A DNA stretch of 63,051 nt, the filler included, from Octopus bimaculoides (Eukaryota), in the NCBI RefSeq assembly GCF_001194135.2. It is 4 parts of 4 records of this genome, joined end to end, with 100 filler letters (N's around TTAATTAATTAA, not from the genome) between each part and the next. Parts side by side here need not be neighbours in the genome. Positions count along the whole stretch, not along the records: positions 1 to 26,886 come from NC_068993.1; 3 more parts are not named here. One strand, 5' to 3'. Below are positions 1-13,151 of the stretch, piece by piece. The stretch's first letter is position 1. Each line of letters begins with the position of its first letter. A program made the position numbers and the translations under genes. Under the pieces are notes generated by a model that saw nothing but the letters and a program-made list of their open reading frames with translations, was not told the origin of the DNA and did no database searches.

Positions 1-119
1 ATGAGTGATAGTGGTGCCAATTAGACCCAGAGGTTTCAGGAAATGCTGAGTAAGTACTATGGATAGATCACAGTTTAGCTCCAGGTTCCGTGGTTATGCG
101 AATAAGGGGTCCAACGTAG

Positions 120-490
120 GTCATGTAACAGCGTGTGAATATAAGGATTTACTTTTCGTAATGAGATAAAAAAAACCAACCAAGGCTGTGTATAATATAG
201 AACATTTATAAATAGAATGTCTTACAGCTGTTTCAAGGATATTTATTATATCCCTTCATCGGAGACGGTGTGAGACGATGATTAAGCAATAGTTAGTTTA
301 GTTAAGATAGAAAATAGAGAGTGAATGCAGGGATATTGTTTTTGTAAATCCATTGTTTAGGCAGAATGGTATAGATATAAGTTTCCAATACCTTGTGAAT
401 AAAATCCGATTGCCTTTAAGATTGGTCATTGCCTTTGTAAATCCTTTATTAAGATTCCAATACCCTGTGAGTGGCCAATCTAAAAAATAC
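120..490 (-). mobile_element. Penelope-like element terminal (pseudo-LTR) fragment carrying a hammerhead motif
   Basis: Contains the hammerhead fold at 219-266 on the minus strand, preceded by degenerate AT-rich sequence. Minimal hammerheads are an established feature of PLE pseudo-LTRs. Boundaries approximate. Confidence 0.5.
219..266 (-). ncRNA. Minimal type-I hammerhead ribozyme motif (PLE type)
   Basis: Minus strand reads GTCT-CCGATGA-AGGGATAT(AATAA)ATATCCTT-GAA-ACAGCTGT-A-AGAC: 4-bp stem I, 8-bp stem II (one G-U), palindromic stem III, GUA cleavage triplet. Confidence 0.75.
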
Positions 491-504
491 AATTGGATTT
501 TACT

Positions 505-537
505 CATATATATATATGTATATATATATACACATAC

Positions 538-572
<35 letters not shown>

Positions 573-700
573 TATATATATACATATGTATACATACATA
601 TATAGATATAGATTAAGCATCAATTATCTCTCTCACTTTATTTTTATAAATATACATACATGTATATATGTATGTATATCTGTATGTATGTATGTGTGTG

Positions 701-736
<36 letters not shown>

Positions 737-850
737 CGTGCGTGTGTGTGTGTGTGCGTGCGTGTGTGTGTGTATACGCATGTATATACAGAGAGAGAGA
801 GAGAGGTAGAGAGAGAGAGAGTGAAAGAGAGAGAGAGAGTGTGAGGAAGG
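505..850. repeat. Compound (TA)/(CA)/(TG)/(AG) microsatellite
   Basis: Direct reading; explains the ORFs at 298-939. Confidence 0.95.
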
Positions 851-2489
851 GAAAGAGGAAACGAGAGAGAAGAGGGGTAGACGGAATGACATTAAACGAG
901 AATGTGAGAAAGCTTTCGATAGAAAAATATTTGGTGTGAATAGGTCGAATTGCAGCTCACGAAGAGATGCTCGTTTAACTTTCTTAATATAACTCTCTTA
1001 ACATTAACGAAGTTTTATCTGTAGGAGTAAATTTAGATGTATCTGCTAAAATTTTAGCTGAATTATTGAAACGTTTTCATAAGGAAATATTTCTCGATCT
1101 CGAACTCGGAATCATTGGAAATATGTTGCTCCAGAACTCTATCTGAATCAAAAATTGAATAATAATATTTAGATGAAATATGGCAATGTAACATAGTGAA
1201 TGATATACGTAAAGCCAGCTGCTGCTAATAGTAATATATCTTAAGCTTTACATCATTTAACCCTGTATAACGGCTATAAAGCAAGTGATATATAATTTGG
1301 ATCATTTATTTGGTAAACGTCCACCCGTGATTTTAATTTGGTCCTTATGGTTTGACATAGCATAGGAAATAGACGCTGCCAAGTGGTGATGAAGTACTAG
1401 ATAGATTTCATCACATTTCTTCATATCTCATTAGTTTTTATCGAACTACTCCATCACCTTCAGAATTAAAGATATTTTGGAAATATGCCAACAAATTCCC
1501 GAAGACTTTTCGATCCGAGAGTAAAATTCCGAAATTGAAACTGCTTTCATTAATTGTTTTCCGTTTGCTTCTTGGTTCGAATTAGTTTGGTCAGATCAGT
1601 AGAGTTATTCGAGCTGTTGGACGATCATTGAACCTTAATAGGGAAAGAATTTGTAGTTGGAGTTTGCCACAAGATATCTGAGAACAGTGTGCCAAAAAGG
1701 TTTGCATTATATACACGTATACATAACTATGCGTATATATAGATACCTATGCGTATGTATACATACTTGCATGCATACATACAGACATACGCACACATAT
1801 ACACATGAAGGTATGTATGGGTCGGAGTGGAGAGAGAGAGAAGCAGAAAGAAAGAGAGAGAAAACTGTGTAAACAAACTATTTGATGCATTGAATACTAT
1901 TTTCCACTTTTGTTTACGAACTGTTGTACACACTTTTGCACAGCACGTACATCCACTGTTATGTGCGCAGATACATACACGCACGCAGCTCACAAATAGG
2001 GCGGGTTTTAGGATACCACCTAAAATTTTGTGCTATAGGCATATCAATCAATCGGAACCGATGTTTTGCCAGTTTATCAACTACCGTCTGATGTACTCCA
2101 ACTTCGAATTATTCCGTAGGATTAAATAACTCAATATTGAGTGGAAAATATATAGGAGACTTTGCCTATTGGGAGTTTACTGCCAATGTTAATGCTGCTA
2201 CATATCGATGTATATTGTTGCTATTTAACCTTCATTAAGTAAATATTCTATCAAAGCTGTCATAGACGTGTTCATTTGGTCACTTGTGACCTTTCTTTGT
2301 TAATACAGCATACTTTATTATTTAAAAGAGGCTTCGGTATTGTTATTATCAGACAAGTTACTCGTTACTCTCAGAAATGCATTTTGCCTGTTGTTAATTA
2401 CATTATCAATTCATTATTTATTGCTCGCATGATCAATCTAAAAGTCCATATGAAATTTATTTTCTGAAAATTCAAGTTGACGATGGATA

Positions 2490-2706
2490 AGAGGCGTTGC
2501 TGGAAAATTCCTGGCTTTGGGCAAAAAAAAAAATACAGACGGATCAGTTAATTATGATTTTATTCAATACTCTTCCTTCTTAGATTCGCGCACTTATTGC
2601 AACAGTCCTTAAGTTTTTCTAAGCCTTGAAAAGAACTCGGAAGGTTGGGCCTACAACTAGACCTTTCACGACACCCATAAAGCCAGGAACTTTTCAGCAC
2701 CCCTAG
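2490..2706. mobile_element. Tc1/mariner-type MITE
   Basis: Imperfect ~28-bp TIRs (AGAGGCGTTGCTGGAAAATTCCTGGCTTT at 2490-2518 and AAAGCCAGGAACTTTTCAGCACCCCTAG at 2679-2706), TA on both outer sides (2488-89, 2707-08), no transposase. Confidence 0.8.
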
Positions 2707-3780
2707 TATGTAGATTTGTGGCTTCAACACAAAATGTTTCACTGAAATATGTCACTCTAGAGTTTTAGATTCGATAATACTTAATCTCAAGAAATTAATT
2801 GTTAGAACAGAAACTCTAAGCATGAAAATAAATATACTGAAGCGAATTTCTTATTATAGAGTATAATTGCTCAGTGCATTAGTTGTTTATTTTATGTTTC
2901 TTTGAAATTCAACATTAATAAAAGTGATTACAGTTGAGTTCACATAAATGATACAGCTAAATGACACCACCACCCCACACTCGCACACACGCACTAAAAC
3001 CCCCCCCAAAAAAAACCTGCTGAATATTAGATGTATTGGAAGCCATGTTGGTCATGGCTAACACCGCAGGTTAATTTCAATGTGATTATACACAATGATC
3101 ATACGGGAAGAGCAAGATTATCTTCTTAGTTAAAAAAAATCCCGTTTCCTCAATATTCAAATATACATGAAATAATATATGCTATCGAGTGTAAAACCCG
3201 ATATTATAAGTTGGGTAGATTTTGTAAAGTTTATCCGCAAGATATATTGGGAACTACAATAACATTTACTAGTCTTATACAGATCCGAATTTGCTCTTGT
3301 GATATGGTTTAGACATTACTAAAATACTTTCCTTGGACCCTCATTTGGAATTCTTTTTCCACATTTTTAAAGTATTGCCTTCCTGTTTTTTTCGCTCTCT
3401 ACCTGTTTACATTTGTTTCTTCTACATATAATCCCGCATGCATACAGCCATCGTCATTACACTCTCTGAATCTTGCATGATAAAAAAAAATCAATGTCTC
3501 CTATATACAGCAATTATCTCTTATATGCTCTAACAACTTCCCAAATATCTTACAAAGATAACTTTATTGAAGTTATCTGTTATCTTTTATATATTCTTCC
3601 AACTGTTCCCAAATATATCACAAAGATAACCTTATTGAAGTTATATGTTATTTTGCCAACTAAATCACGCTTAGAGGGAGCTCATTTCATCTACCAACAT
3701 ATTAGGTAATTTTAATTACTCGATTTTCAATTAAACATGACACGTTAGTGACACCATTTTATGATTTACACCGTCTTTCT

Positions 3781-3870
3781 TCCTCTGTCTCTCTTCTTCC
3801 CCTGTCTCTCTTCTTCCTCTGTCTCTCTTCTTCCTCTGTCTCTCTTCTTCCTCTGTCTCTCTTCTTCCTC
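3781..3870. repeat. 17-bp minisatellite (TCCTCTGTCTCTCTTCT) x5 plus partial
   Basis: Five near-identical units counted at 3781-3865. Confidence 0.9.
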
Positions 3871-5261
3871 TCTCTCTATCTGTCTCTCCCCATCTCGCAG
3901 ATTTGCTTTATATATTGCAGCACTTGTCATGGGATAAAGAGAATTGGCAGAATCATTTTAGCGTTATTTAGTATACACACTTGGAAATTTATTGCATATA
4001 TTTGATTTCTAAATTAGCGGAGGATATATTTGCCTTTCGTTATTTTGGGATCAATAGATAAGATACAAATTGCTACCCTATTTATGAATTGCAAAAGACA
4101 AATTCTTTTGTCTGTCGTTTTCATTTTCGGCCACACTTTTATCAGTAAGAAATTAATTGTATTCAAACCTACAGAATGACAGGGGTCTGCTATCTTTTAA
4201 ATTCCTAGGATATGGTCAATGTCTCTGTGGCGTTTCTGTGACTCAATCAAAGCCTCTGTTCAAGCCTTATATAAACCAGAATTGTGACACCGAACAGTAT
4301 TTTTAGAAAAAGATTATTTCATTATGCCAACGACTCAAAGAACAAGAAGAATCCATTTCAAAACAACCAGAAAAGCAACACTTCAAAATGTATTATTGTT
4401 TCTAGTTTACTAAGTGTTTTATCTTTTATGCCTTGTTATAATTCATTACTAAACTAATGTATTAGCATTATTANNNNNNNNNNNNNNNNNNNNNNNNNNN
4501 NNNNNNNNNNNNNNNNNNNNNNNNNNNNNNNNNNNNNNNNNNNNNNNNNNNNNNNNNNNNNNNNNNNNNNNNNNNNNNNNNNNNNNNNNNNNNNNNNNNN
4601 NNNNNNNNNNNNNNNNNNNNNNNNNNNNNNNNNNNNNNNNNNNNNNNNNNNNNNNNNNNNNNNNNNNNNNNNNNNNNNNNNNNNNNNNNNNNNNNNNNNN
4701 NNNNNNNNNNNNNNNNNNNNNNNNNNNNNNNNNNNNNNNNNNNNNNNNNNNNNNNNNNNNNNNNNNNNNNNNNNNNNNNNNNNNNNNNNNNNNNNNNNNN
4801 NNNNNNNNNNNNNNNNNNNNNNNNNNNNNNNNNNNNNNNNNNNNNNNNNNNNNNNNNNNNNNNNNNNNNNNNNNNNNNNNNNNNNNNNNNNNNNNNNNNN
4901 NNNNNNNNNNNNNNNNNNNNNNNNNNNNNNNNNNNNNNNNNNNNNNNNNNNNNNNNNNNNNNNNNNNNNNNNNNNNNNNNNNNNNNNNNNNNNNNNNNNN
5001 NNNNNNNNNNNNNNNNNNNNNNNNNNNNNNNNNNNNNNNNNNNNNNNNNNNNNNNNNNNNNNNNNNNNNNNNNNNNNNNNNNNNNNNNNNNNNNNNNNNN
5101 NNNNNNNNNNNNNNNNNNNNNNNNNNNNNNNNNNNNNNNNNNNNNNNNNNNNNNNNNNNNNNNNNNNNNNNNNNNNNNNNNNNNNNNNNNNNNNNNNNNN
5201 NNNNNNNNNNNNNNNNNNNNNNNNNNNNNNNNNNNNNNNNNNNNNNNNNNNNNNAAGAGTG

Positions 5262-6051
5262 TGTAAGTGATACATGTATGTGTATGCGTGATATACAGCA
5301 GATATAAAAAGAGTCAGTAACACATATACGAATTTGCCAGTTCTTAGAGTACACAATAGGAACAGTCTGTATGTAAGACGTTGAATCGTGTGGGGCAGTG
5401 CGATCACTCGTCGTGATTTTAGGGCTTCCATGCCAAGCCGGGTTCTTGTATACAGTTGTTCGTCGCAGGCTAGGTTCTTGTCTGTTGTCTATCGTGGCGA
5501 AGGTGAATCGCACAAACAGAGTTAGAAGTTCTGCAGTAGTTTTGGTTAACTGGTGTACGTAGAAATCATGTTGACGATGTTGGCGAATCTTGTAGTTCGT
5601 AGTTGAACTACAAGATTAATAAAAGTGTTGACGCTGGCGGCGACGATGGTGGTAGTCGTAGTGTCGTGTTGACTGGTGGCGATGCTGATAGTCGTAGTTG
5701 TACGAAGCTGTTGGTTGTTGTCGCTGGCTGCTGCTGCTGTGTGGTACACGGAACAGGTCTCTAAGAGAACTGAACCGAGACGAATTAGCTGGGTATAATT
5801 TAGTCTATTTAAAGCAAAATAGGGGCTGCAGAGAACATCTGAAAAACACTCCATCACGTGACCTTATTAGGGGCCACAGTTTATCAGTTTGCGTTCTGGC
5901 GGGAACGGTACGAAGTAGTTGCCGCTTCAAATAATAATTAGTCATGTGATGACAGGGAAAGATGTTTTCTACTACGCCCGAACTTGATTATATTTATAAC
6001 AGCGAGAGAAGATGGCTTCTTTGTATATAATGGCGATCGAGGTGTTAGTTT

Positions 6052-6058
<7 letters not shown>
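5262..6058. mobile_element. Possible solo LTR or unclassified CpG-rich repeat
   Basis: CpG-rich block starting TGTAAG and ending CACTACA (TG...CA), with TATAAAA near the start and AATAAA in the middle. No matching TSD, and the left edge is next to a gap. Confidence 0.3.
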
Positions 6059-6093
<35 letters not shown>

Positions 6094-6096
<3 letters not shown>

Positions 6097-6459
6097 AGTG
6101 GCTGTGTGGAGGCGCAGGAGTGGCTGTGTGGTAAGAAGTTTGCATTCCAGCCCCACGGTTCCAGGTCCAGTTCCACTGCGTGGCACCTTCAGCAACTGTC
6201 TTCTGCTATAGCCTCGGGCCGACCAAAGTCTTGTGAGTAGATATGGTAGAGGGAAACTGAAAGAAGCCCGTCATTTATATACATATATGCATGTATTTCT
6301 GTGACTGTGTTCGTCCCCCACCATCGCTCGACAACCGATGTTGGTGTGTTTACGTCCCCGTAACCTAGTGACTCGGCAAAAGTGAACGATAGAATAAGTA
6401 CTAGGCTTACAATGAATAAGACCTGGGGTAGATTTGTTCAATTAAAGGCGGTGCTCCAG
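6094..6459 (+). mobile_element. tRNA-derived SINE family A, near full length, duplicated head
   Basis: A-box-like TGGCTGTGTGG and B-box-like GGTCCAGTTCC; body homologous to the copies at 41118, 42025 and 62075. Confidence 0.9.
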
Positions 6460-6691
6460 GTGTGTGTGCGTCTGTACGTATGTACAGTTTGTAACTTTTG
6501 TATGTTTATATATCCTAGAGTATAGGGGAGTACTATGGCTTTGAGCAAAACAGCTCATTAGAGAGGGAAAGTGATTTCAAATGTTTATGTAAGCATAGAG
6601 TTAGAGGATTCAAGAATGTGTGTTTGTGATAAATGGAACAGTAAGAGATAGAGAGAAAACCAAGGCAACTTTGTGTAGTCAAGACTGAAGA

Positions 6692-6736
<45 letters not shown>

Positions 6737-7929
6737 GCAATTAAGAACACTTAATTAGGCGAGTTGAAATTCTGTAACGGATTGACGTGTGTTGTCCATA
6801 TGTAAACGATATGAACAAGAATAAGATGGTTGTATCCTCGATATCTAATATAATCACCTTCTGATGAGTTCCTTCTACTTTTATAACTTACGGACCCGAC
6901 AGGGAACTCTAAAGCATACCCACGCGTGACATTCTTTAGTTCTATGCTGCTGGTGAGCAAGCTTTTGATTGTCTGCTTGCTGATACGTTTTTGTAAGGTA
7001 CCAAAACTTCAAAATAATTATACGGTACGTGGAAATACCAAGACTATAACAAACGAGAGGCGCCTGTGAGTATGCGTGTATGTATGTGCTTATTGTGAAT
7101 GCGTGTGTTCAATGTGTATATGTGTGTCTATTGTGTATGTATGCATCCAATGTGAATGCGTGTGTCTAACGTGAATGTGTCTGTGTGTGTGTTTTCGATG
7201 TGTGTGTGTGTGTGTTTCTGTGTATGTGTGTATGTGTGCGTGTTTGTGTATGTGTGCGTGTTTGTGTATGTGTGCGTACGTGTCTGTGTGCGTGTGTGTG
7301 TATGTGTGTGTGTCTATTAGAAATTGACGTTGCGCAGCATGCAAACCACTTTTCGAATAAAGTCAGCTGTTTCCGATGGTGCACACAACTGCGATGATCG
7401 GAGTATAGCAATCTCTTAGATTATATATCAGATAATTCTATAGAGTAATTCTATAGACTAGCCAGATAATATCCATGACATGACAACAGTTTATAGAGTT
7501 TTCAACCTCTCCAAAGTGTTCTCATTCACTCCGTCGAATATTTCTAAGTCTAAATGTCACAGGTCGATAGTTGTTGATCCAATGTTGGATTAATCCTTCC
7601 TCAGCAAGCTAGTTTGAAGGAAAATCGGTGAAGTCACATTAGCAATGCTGCGCAGCCTGTTGCATTAACAACGAGTCGGCCATGTTGTTGGCTTTACTGG
7701 ATTATATGTATAAATGCAAAACGCTAACATAGTAAAAGTAGCATAGAAAATAAGCCAGCGTAAAAGAAGCGTTCTGTAGTGATCTAAATAATGGGTGATA
7801 ATGTGTGGCAATATGCACATAAACACGTCGATACGAATGCAAGGAACATAGCTAAGTTTTAGAAGTGGTGTTAAGAATCATCAAAAAAGGATGCATTCAT
7901 TTATGTCGTCCTAATTATTAAATAAGCGC

Positions 7930-8345
7930 AGTTATGTGTGTTTGATTAAGAAGCTCTTTTGTCAAATACGTGGTTTCAGGTTCAGTTCCACTGTGCAGTA
8001 CTTTGAGTAAGCGTCTTCTACTACAACCATAGGCCGAATAATGCCTTGTGAGTAAACGTCGTGGACGAAAATTATGGACACCTGTCACACGCATGTGCAC
8101 CCCACAAACTCACACATATCTGTGAGTATGTGTGCGTGTGTGTGTATATGTGTGCGTGTGTGTGTATATGTGTGCGTGTGTGTGTATATATGTGTGTATA
8201 TATGTGTGTATATGTGTTGCGTATTTGTATTTGTCTTCCCCGACGCTTCACAACCAGTGCATATTTTACTTCTTCACAATTCAGAAGTAAGCAAACATCA
8301 TCGATGGAATAAAGAACAGATTTAAGAATACGTACTAGAGGCCTT
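7930..8345 (+). mobile_element. SINE family A, diverged copy with internal (TG/TA) expansion
   Basis: GGTTCAGTTCCACTGTG...GTCTTCTACTA...GCCTTGTGAGT matches family A. Confidence 0.75.
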
Positions 8346-9021
8346 TAAGCATCTATTTTTTGTTTGCAAAAAATATTCTTGGCATCCATACACTGTATGT
8401 GCGAGTGGCTTTTCCAGCAACTGATTTTCATAATTTTATTTAAAACATCGTCTGCCGTAATTTAGTTCTTCTTACCTTTCAGTCTATGCCGTATTTTAAA
8501 AAAATCTTTTATCTTTTACTTGTCTCATTCGTTGTACTGTGGTTTTTCTGGGGCACCGTCTTGAATTGTTTTACTCAGACAAATCGCCTCTAGTACGTAT
8601 TCTTAAATCTGTTCTTTATTCCATCGATGATGTTTGCTTACTTCTTACGCCTTTTCGCTTTTTTTCTTCGCTTTAACTTAAAATAAAATCCCTGCATCTC
8701 TCACAATACATTACAAGGTCATTTATGGTTAATAATTTGAATTATTTTAACAAACTTGTGAAAATTCTGAATAAAAATACAGTTTTAGCAAAATCTATCA
8801 GCTTACATGTATGCTTCCAAGAGTTTCTTATTTATTGTCATCTTGGAAGGCAATGCGGATGAGAGGTTACGTGGTCTCCGAGACTGGTAGGACAGTGAGA
8901 GAATTAGAAATGTATCATGCTTGAACACTTGCAACAGAAATGACTCCTTTGAAGATAACCAAAATGCTGGTGTGATACGAAGCGAAGGCTTAAGTCTACT
9001 CACTAAGAAGGCCCCGGTACT

Positions 9022-9335
9022 ATTTGAACTCAAATCGTAAAGACTGACGAAATGCTGCTAAGGAGTTTGGCTGGCGTGCTACCAATTCAGCCAGCACGCT
9101 TCCTTAATGAGAACAGATAATCCTGTCTACTAAAGGCACAAGATCTGAAATTTCGTGGGAGGGGACTAAGCGATGACGTCAACCTTAGTGTTTCACTGGT
9201 ACAGAATATATCAACCTAGAGAGGAAAAAAGGCAAAGTCGACCTCGGCAGAATTTGAACTCAGAACATAAAGACGGACGAAATACCTCAAGGCATTTTGC
9301 CCGGCATGCTAACAATCCTGCCAGCACGCCGCCTT
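9022..9335 (-). mobile_element. SINE family B: full copy (9110-9335) plus adjacent head fragment (9022-9102)
   Basis: Reverse complement of GGCGGCGTGCTGGCAGGATTGTTAGC...GAGTTCAAATTCTGCCGAGGTCGACTTTGCC. Confidence 0.85.
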
Positions 9336-10211
9336 ACAGAGAAGAAATACGATATTGCTTTCGACTCTTTAACGACTCTGCTAATTCACCGCCTATTTAG
9401 TTATAGAAGACATTTCTCAAAAACTGAAGAAATTACGTTTAACAAAATAAATAGATCTGCAGAAATATTTTCTCCTAACGATATTCTTCAATCAAAATAT
9501 ATGAAGTAACTGTTCTNNNNNNNNNNNNNNNNNNNNNNNNNNNNNNNNNNNNNNNNNNNNNNNNNNNNNNNNNNNNNNNNNNNNNNNNNNNNNNNNNNNN
9601 NNNNNNNNNNNNNNNNNNNNNNNNNNNNNNNNNNNNNNNNNNNNNNNNNNNNNNNNNNNNNNNNNNNNNNNNNNNNNNNNNNNNNNNNNNNNNNNNNNNN
9701 NNNNNNNNNNNNNNNNNNNNNNNNNNNNNNNNNNNNNNNNNNNNNNNNNNNNNNNNNNNNNNNNNNNNNNNNNNNNNNNNNNNNNNNNNNNNNNNNNNNN
9801 NNNNNNNNNNNNNNNNNNNNNNNNNNNNNNNNNNNNNNNNNNNNNNNNNNNNNNNNNNNNNNNNNNNNNNNNNNNNNNNNNNNNNNNNNNNNNNNNNNNN
9901 NNNNNNNNNNNNNNNNNNNNNNNNNNNNNNNNNNNNNNNNNNNNNNNNNNNNNNNNNNNNNNNNNNNNNNNNNNNNNNNNNNNNNNNNNNNNNNNNNNNN
10001 NNNNNNNNNNNNNNNNNNNNNNNNNNNNNNNNNNNNNNNNNNNNNNNNNNNNNNNNNNNNNNNNNNNNNNNNNNNNNNNNNNNNNNNNNNNNNNNNNNNN
10101 NNNNNNNNNNNNNNNNNNNNNNNNNNNNNNNNNNNNNNNNNNNNNNNNNNNNNNNNNNTATAAATATAAATGATTTATATGATCGCATAGATGCATGTAT
10201 GTGCCCTGTAT

Positions 10212-10253
<42 letters not shown>

Positions 10254-12266
10254 ATTTATATAAGCGTATGTGTGCGTGTGTGTGCGTGTGTGTGCGTGCG
10301 CGCGTAAAAGCGCTTCCAGAGCAAAATTTCTCATATTTTGACGTCTAGCTATCTGATATCGATTTTATGGAGGGCAGTTGTATGTTCTGTAGAGGGATAT
10401 GCAATCAATACTGTATAAATATTATTAGAGGAAGCTCTTATCCAATTTAATGACCAGAGAGGAACTAAAATAATGTATTCATCTTTCTCCATCACGAATA
10501 GAATCACTGAAAAATGCAGATCCACTAACGAAGCATGTTTCGAGAGATAAGAATGCTGGATATTAGAAAGCATTTGCGTTTCTGTTTATTGAGAGGAGAT
10601 TGCTGACTTCAGAATATATGTTTGCTTGAGTGTGTGTGCGTGTGTGAGCGTGTGTATGCGTGTGTGTGTAGTTTTTCAATGATAGTTATTGTTGCCTTTG
10701 TAATTGTTGTTGTTGTTTTAGTACTCTTATTGTTATTTGTAGTGTGGATGTAGAAATATATTGGATTTCGAGAAATTCAATGATATGGTAGATTAAAATG
10801 GAAATATTCACCCGGGCAGAACATTTTAATTTAATATACTTAAACGCTTATATATAAGCGTACATACATGAATACATTCATCCATACGATTACTCATTTA
10901 CACACACACACACAACACACACACATTCGACACACACACACACGCATATATACTTAGTGATAGAATATATACGAATATTGACAAAGATACTTGAAATGGC
11001 TACAAAATTTCAAATAGCAATATTTTGTTGTGGAAGGATGGTTATCTGTCGAGTGTAGAACTCATAAATAGAAAGAAGTCTCTAGTGGCTATATCTGATA
11101 TTATTTGCTGCAATAACAGTGAGGGATAAAGATTGCGTGGATAAAGAGAGTAGGAGTTAATGACCAAGAGAAACGTTTCTGCGCATTGTTCGTGGCGTAT
11201 AGGATGGTGAATTTGCGAGATTTAGATGAACAGAATCGATTGGTATCTGTGATATACCATTCCTTGAACACTCTTTAATTTTACACGTGTTGAGTATTTT
11301 AAGATCCCCCAATACGTTTTACTTAACCGTATTCCTACATTCTCTTAACTACATTCTGATACTAGTCATACACATAATACATTTGTTCTAACATAAAAGA
11401 ATCAAATTTCCGTGCTAGTGTCTCGTGAATTGTAGTCATGCAAATTGCGGCTTGATCCATCCCCAGCTGAGTGAACTGAGAGTGGGAGTCTAATGTTGAA
11501 ATCTTCGAAGCATCTTAAACCATAGAAACTTCACTGATGATGCATTTCAGAACGTCTTTGAGATACATCTTGGAGCATATAATAATATTTGAAATATTGC
11601 AGTAACCATTATCTGAGTCGTTTACAGAGATTTCGGGAGCTGATATTCCAATAAATTCCAACCTGATAACAATATTTTGTAATCATGTTTTTGTATCGTC
11701 CAAATAAAATGAGACAATAGCTTAACTTTTATTTGGCAAAATCGGTTACAACGCAAATTAAATGACCCGCGTGCTATCCTCATGGCAGTTTACAATTTGG
11801 TTTCAAATACTACCAGGATGGTCATTACGTTTCTTCTTTCAGAATCGATGAAATAAATTATTTGTGAGTTTTTGCGATATTACCAGTCGCTCTATCCATC
11901 AAAATGTACGGTTTTGTGACTTCATCACAAATTATTATGCCACAAAACACACACACACGCACGCGCACACACACTCACACACTCACACGCACGCACACAC
12001 ACATTTATATATCCGCGTAAACGATCCCAGAGAGCCAGGATATAACGCTTTGCAGAATATAGTTACATTTATTTTCTGACATTCATTTTTAACAATAGTG
12101 ATTATAGGTGTTGTTGAATAAAGACTTGTAAATTGTTTACTTTAATACCGTATTTAGTGCCATTGTTTATTCGAGATGGTTGTCAACTCTCATTGAAATA
12201 TATTATCGATCTTTCGCAAAACCTGAAATAAGATATTAGAACAGATATTATTTCAAAAATACAGCA

Positions 12267-12268
<2 letters not shown>

Positions 12269-12355
<87 letters not shown>
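12269..12355. repeat. (AC)n microsatellite
   Basis: Direct reading. Confidence 0.95.
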
Positions 12356-12358
<3 letters not shown>

Positions 12359-13058
12359 GTATGGTATCTGAGATAAGCAGAGGGCCTCACATTTTGATGA
12401 CGGGTCATACATTTACAAGTATTTAGATTGAGTTTGTAATGATGAAAGAGAAACTATTTGCAGATATAGAACTCAAAACTGAACCATACGTAAGTGAATA
12501 TTAAGAGTCGTACAATTGAAAATTGAAACCGAGGGTCTATTTTTCACAGCGCATAGTGCATCTTCTAAGAACCCACCAAAAACATATAATGCATTAGAAG
12601 ATGACTGTAATTGTAGAATAAGATGATGTTGCGAGGAAGCAATATATTCCACGGGTTTCTGTCTGTGTAGTCTTAGTGAAAAGGGAATAGATCTTTTGCA
12701 AAGAACTTGCAGATGCAAGTGTTACCTGTTGAAATCTCCGCATGCCAGATGATAACAAGCTTATGATATAATCAGGAGAGAATGCGCGCCCTTTCAGAGC
12801 TTTCCTCTCGACGGCATTATTGCACACCAGCCCCTCTCCCTGTGATCAGGCCCCTTTTCATAGATCAACTACTTACTATGATTTGCTAAATATTCTAGCC
12901 ATTGTTCATCGTTTCTCTTCAACCAAATTTAATGGCTTCCCTTCTCCATTGTATATCACTTATGGTGTGTATGGTTTACGATCAGTTAGGCCTAGCGACA
13001 ACAAAAATCGCCTTACACTGTATCCAATGAATCTCCTACATTATATATATATATATAT

Positions 13059-13060
<2 letters not shown>

Positions 13061-13145
<85 letters not shown>
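13061..13145. repeat. (AG)n microsatellite
   Basis: Direct reading. Confidence 0.95.

Positions 13146-13151
<6 letters not shown>

Noticed and set aside
1-130. Integrase-like peptide SDSGAN*TQRFQEMLSKY..IDH (cf. SDNGxxF...GIxH)
   Set aside because: Too short, contains stops and needs a frameshift; cut by the window edge.
298-939. ORFs rich in YI/CV/HT/ER, and all similar ORFs across the window
   Set aside because: Translations of dinucleotide and tetranucleotide microsatellites.
4449-5513. Long ORFs containing X runs (also at 9.5, 20, 31, 38, 49 and 55 kb)
   Set aside because: Open only because N gaps contain no stop codons.
6860-6915. CTGATGAGTTCC...GGAACTC hammerhead candidate
   Set aside because: No GAAA after the stem and no stem III.
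11400-11720. Possible mariner/maT transposase C-terminus
   Set aside because: No recognisable SPDLNP motif or TIR.
12594-12827. ORF with slight resemblance to a DIRS recombinase N-terminus
   Set aside because: One vague motif and no catalytic residues seen.
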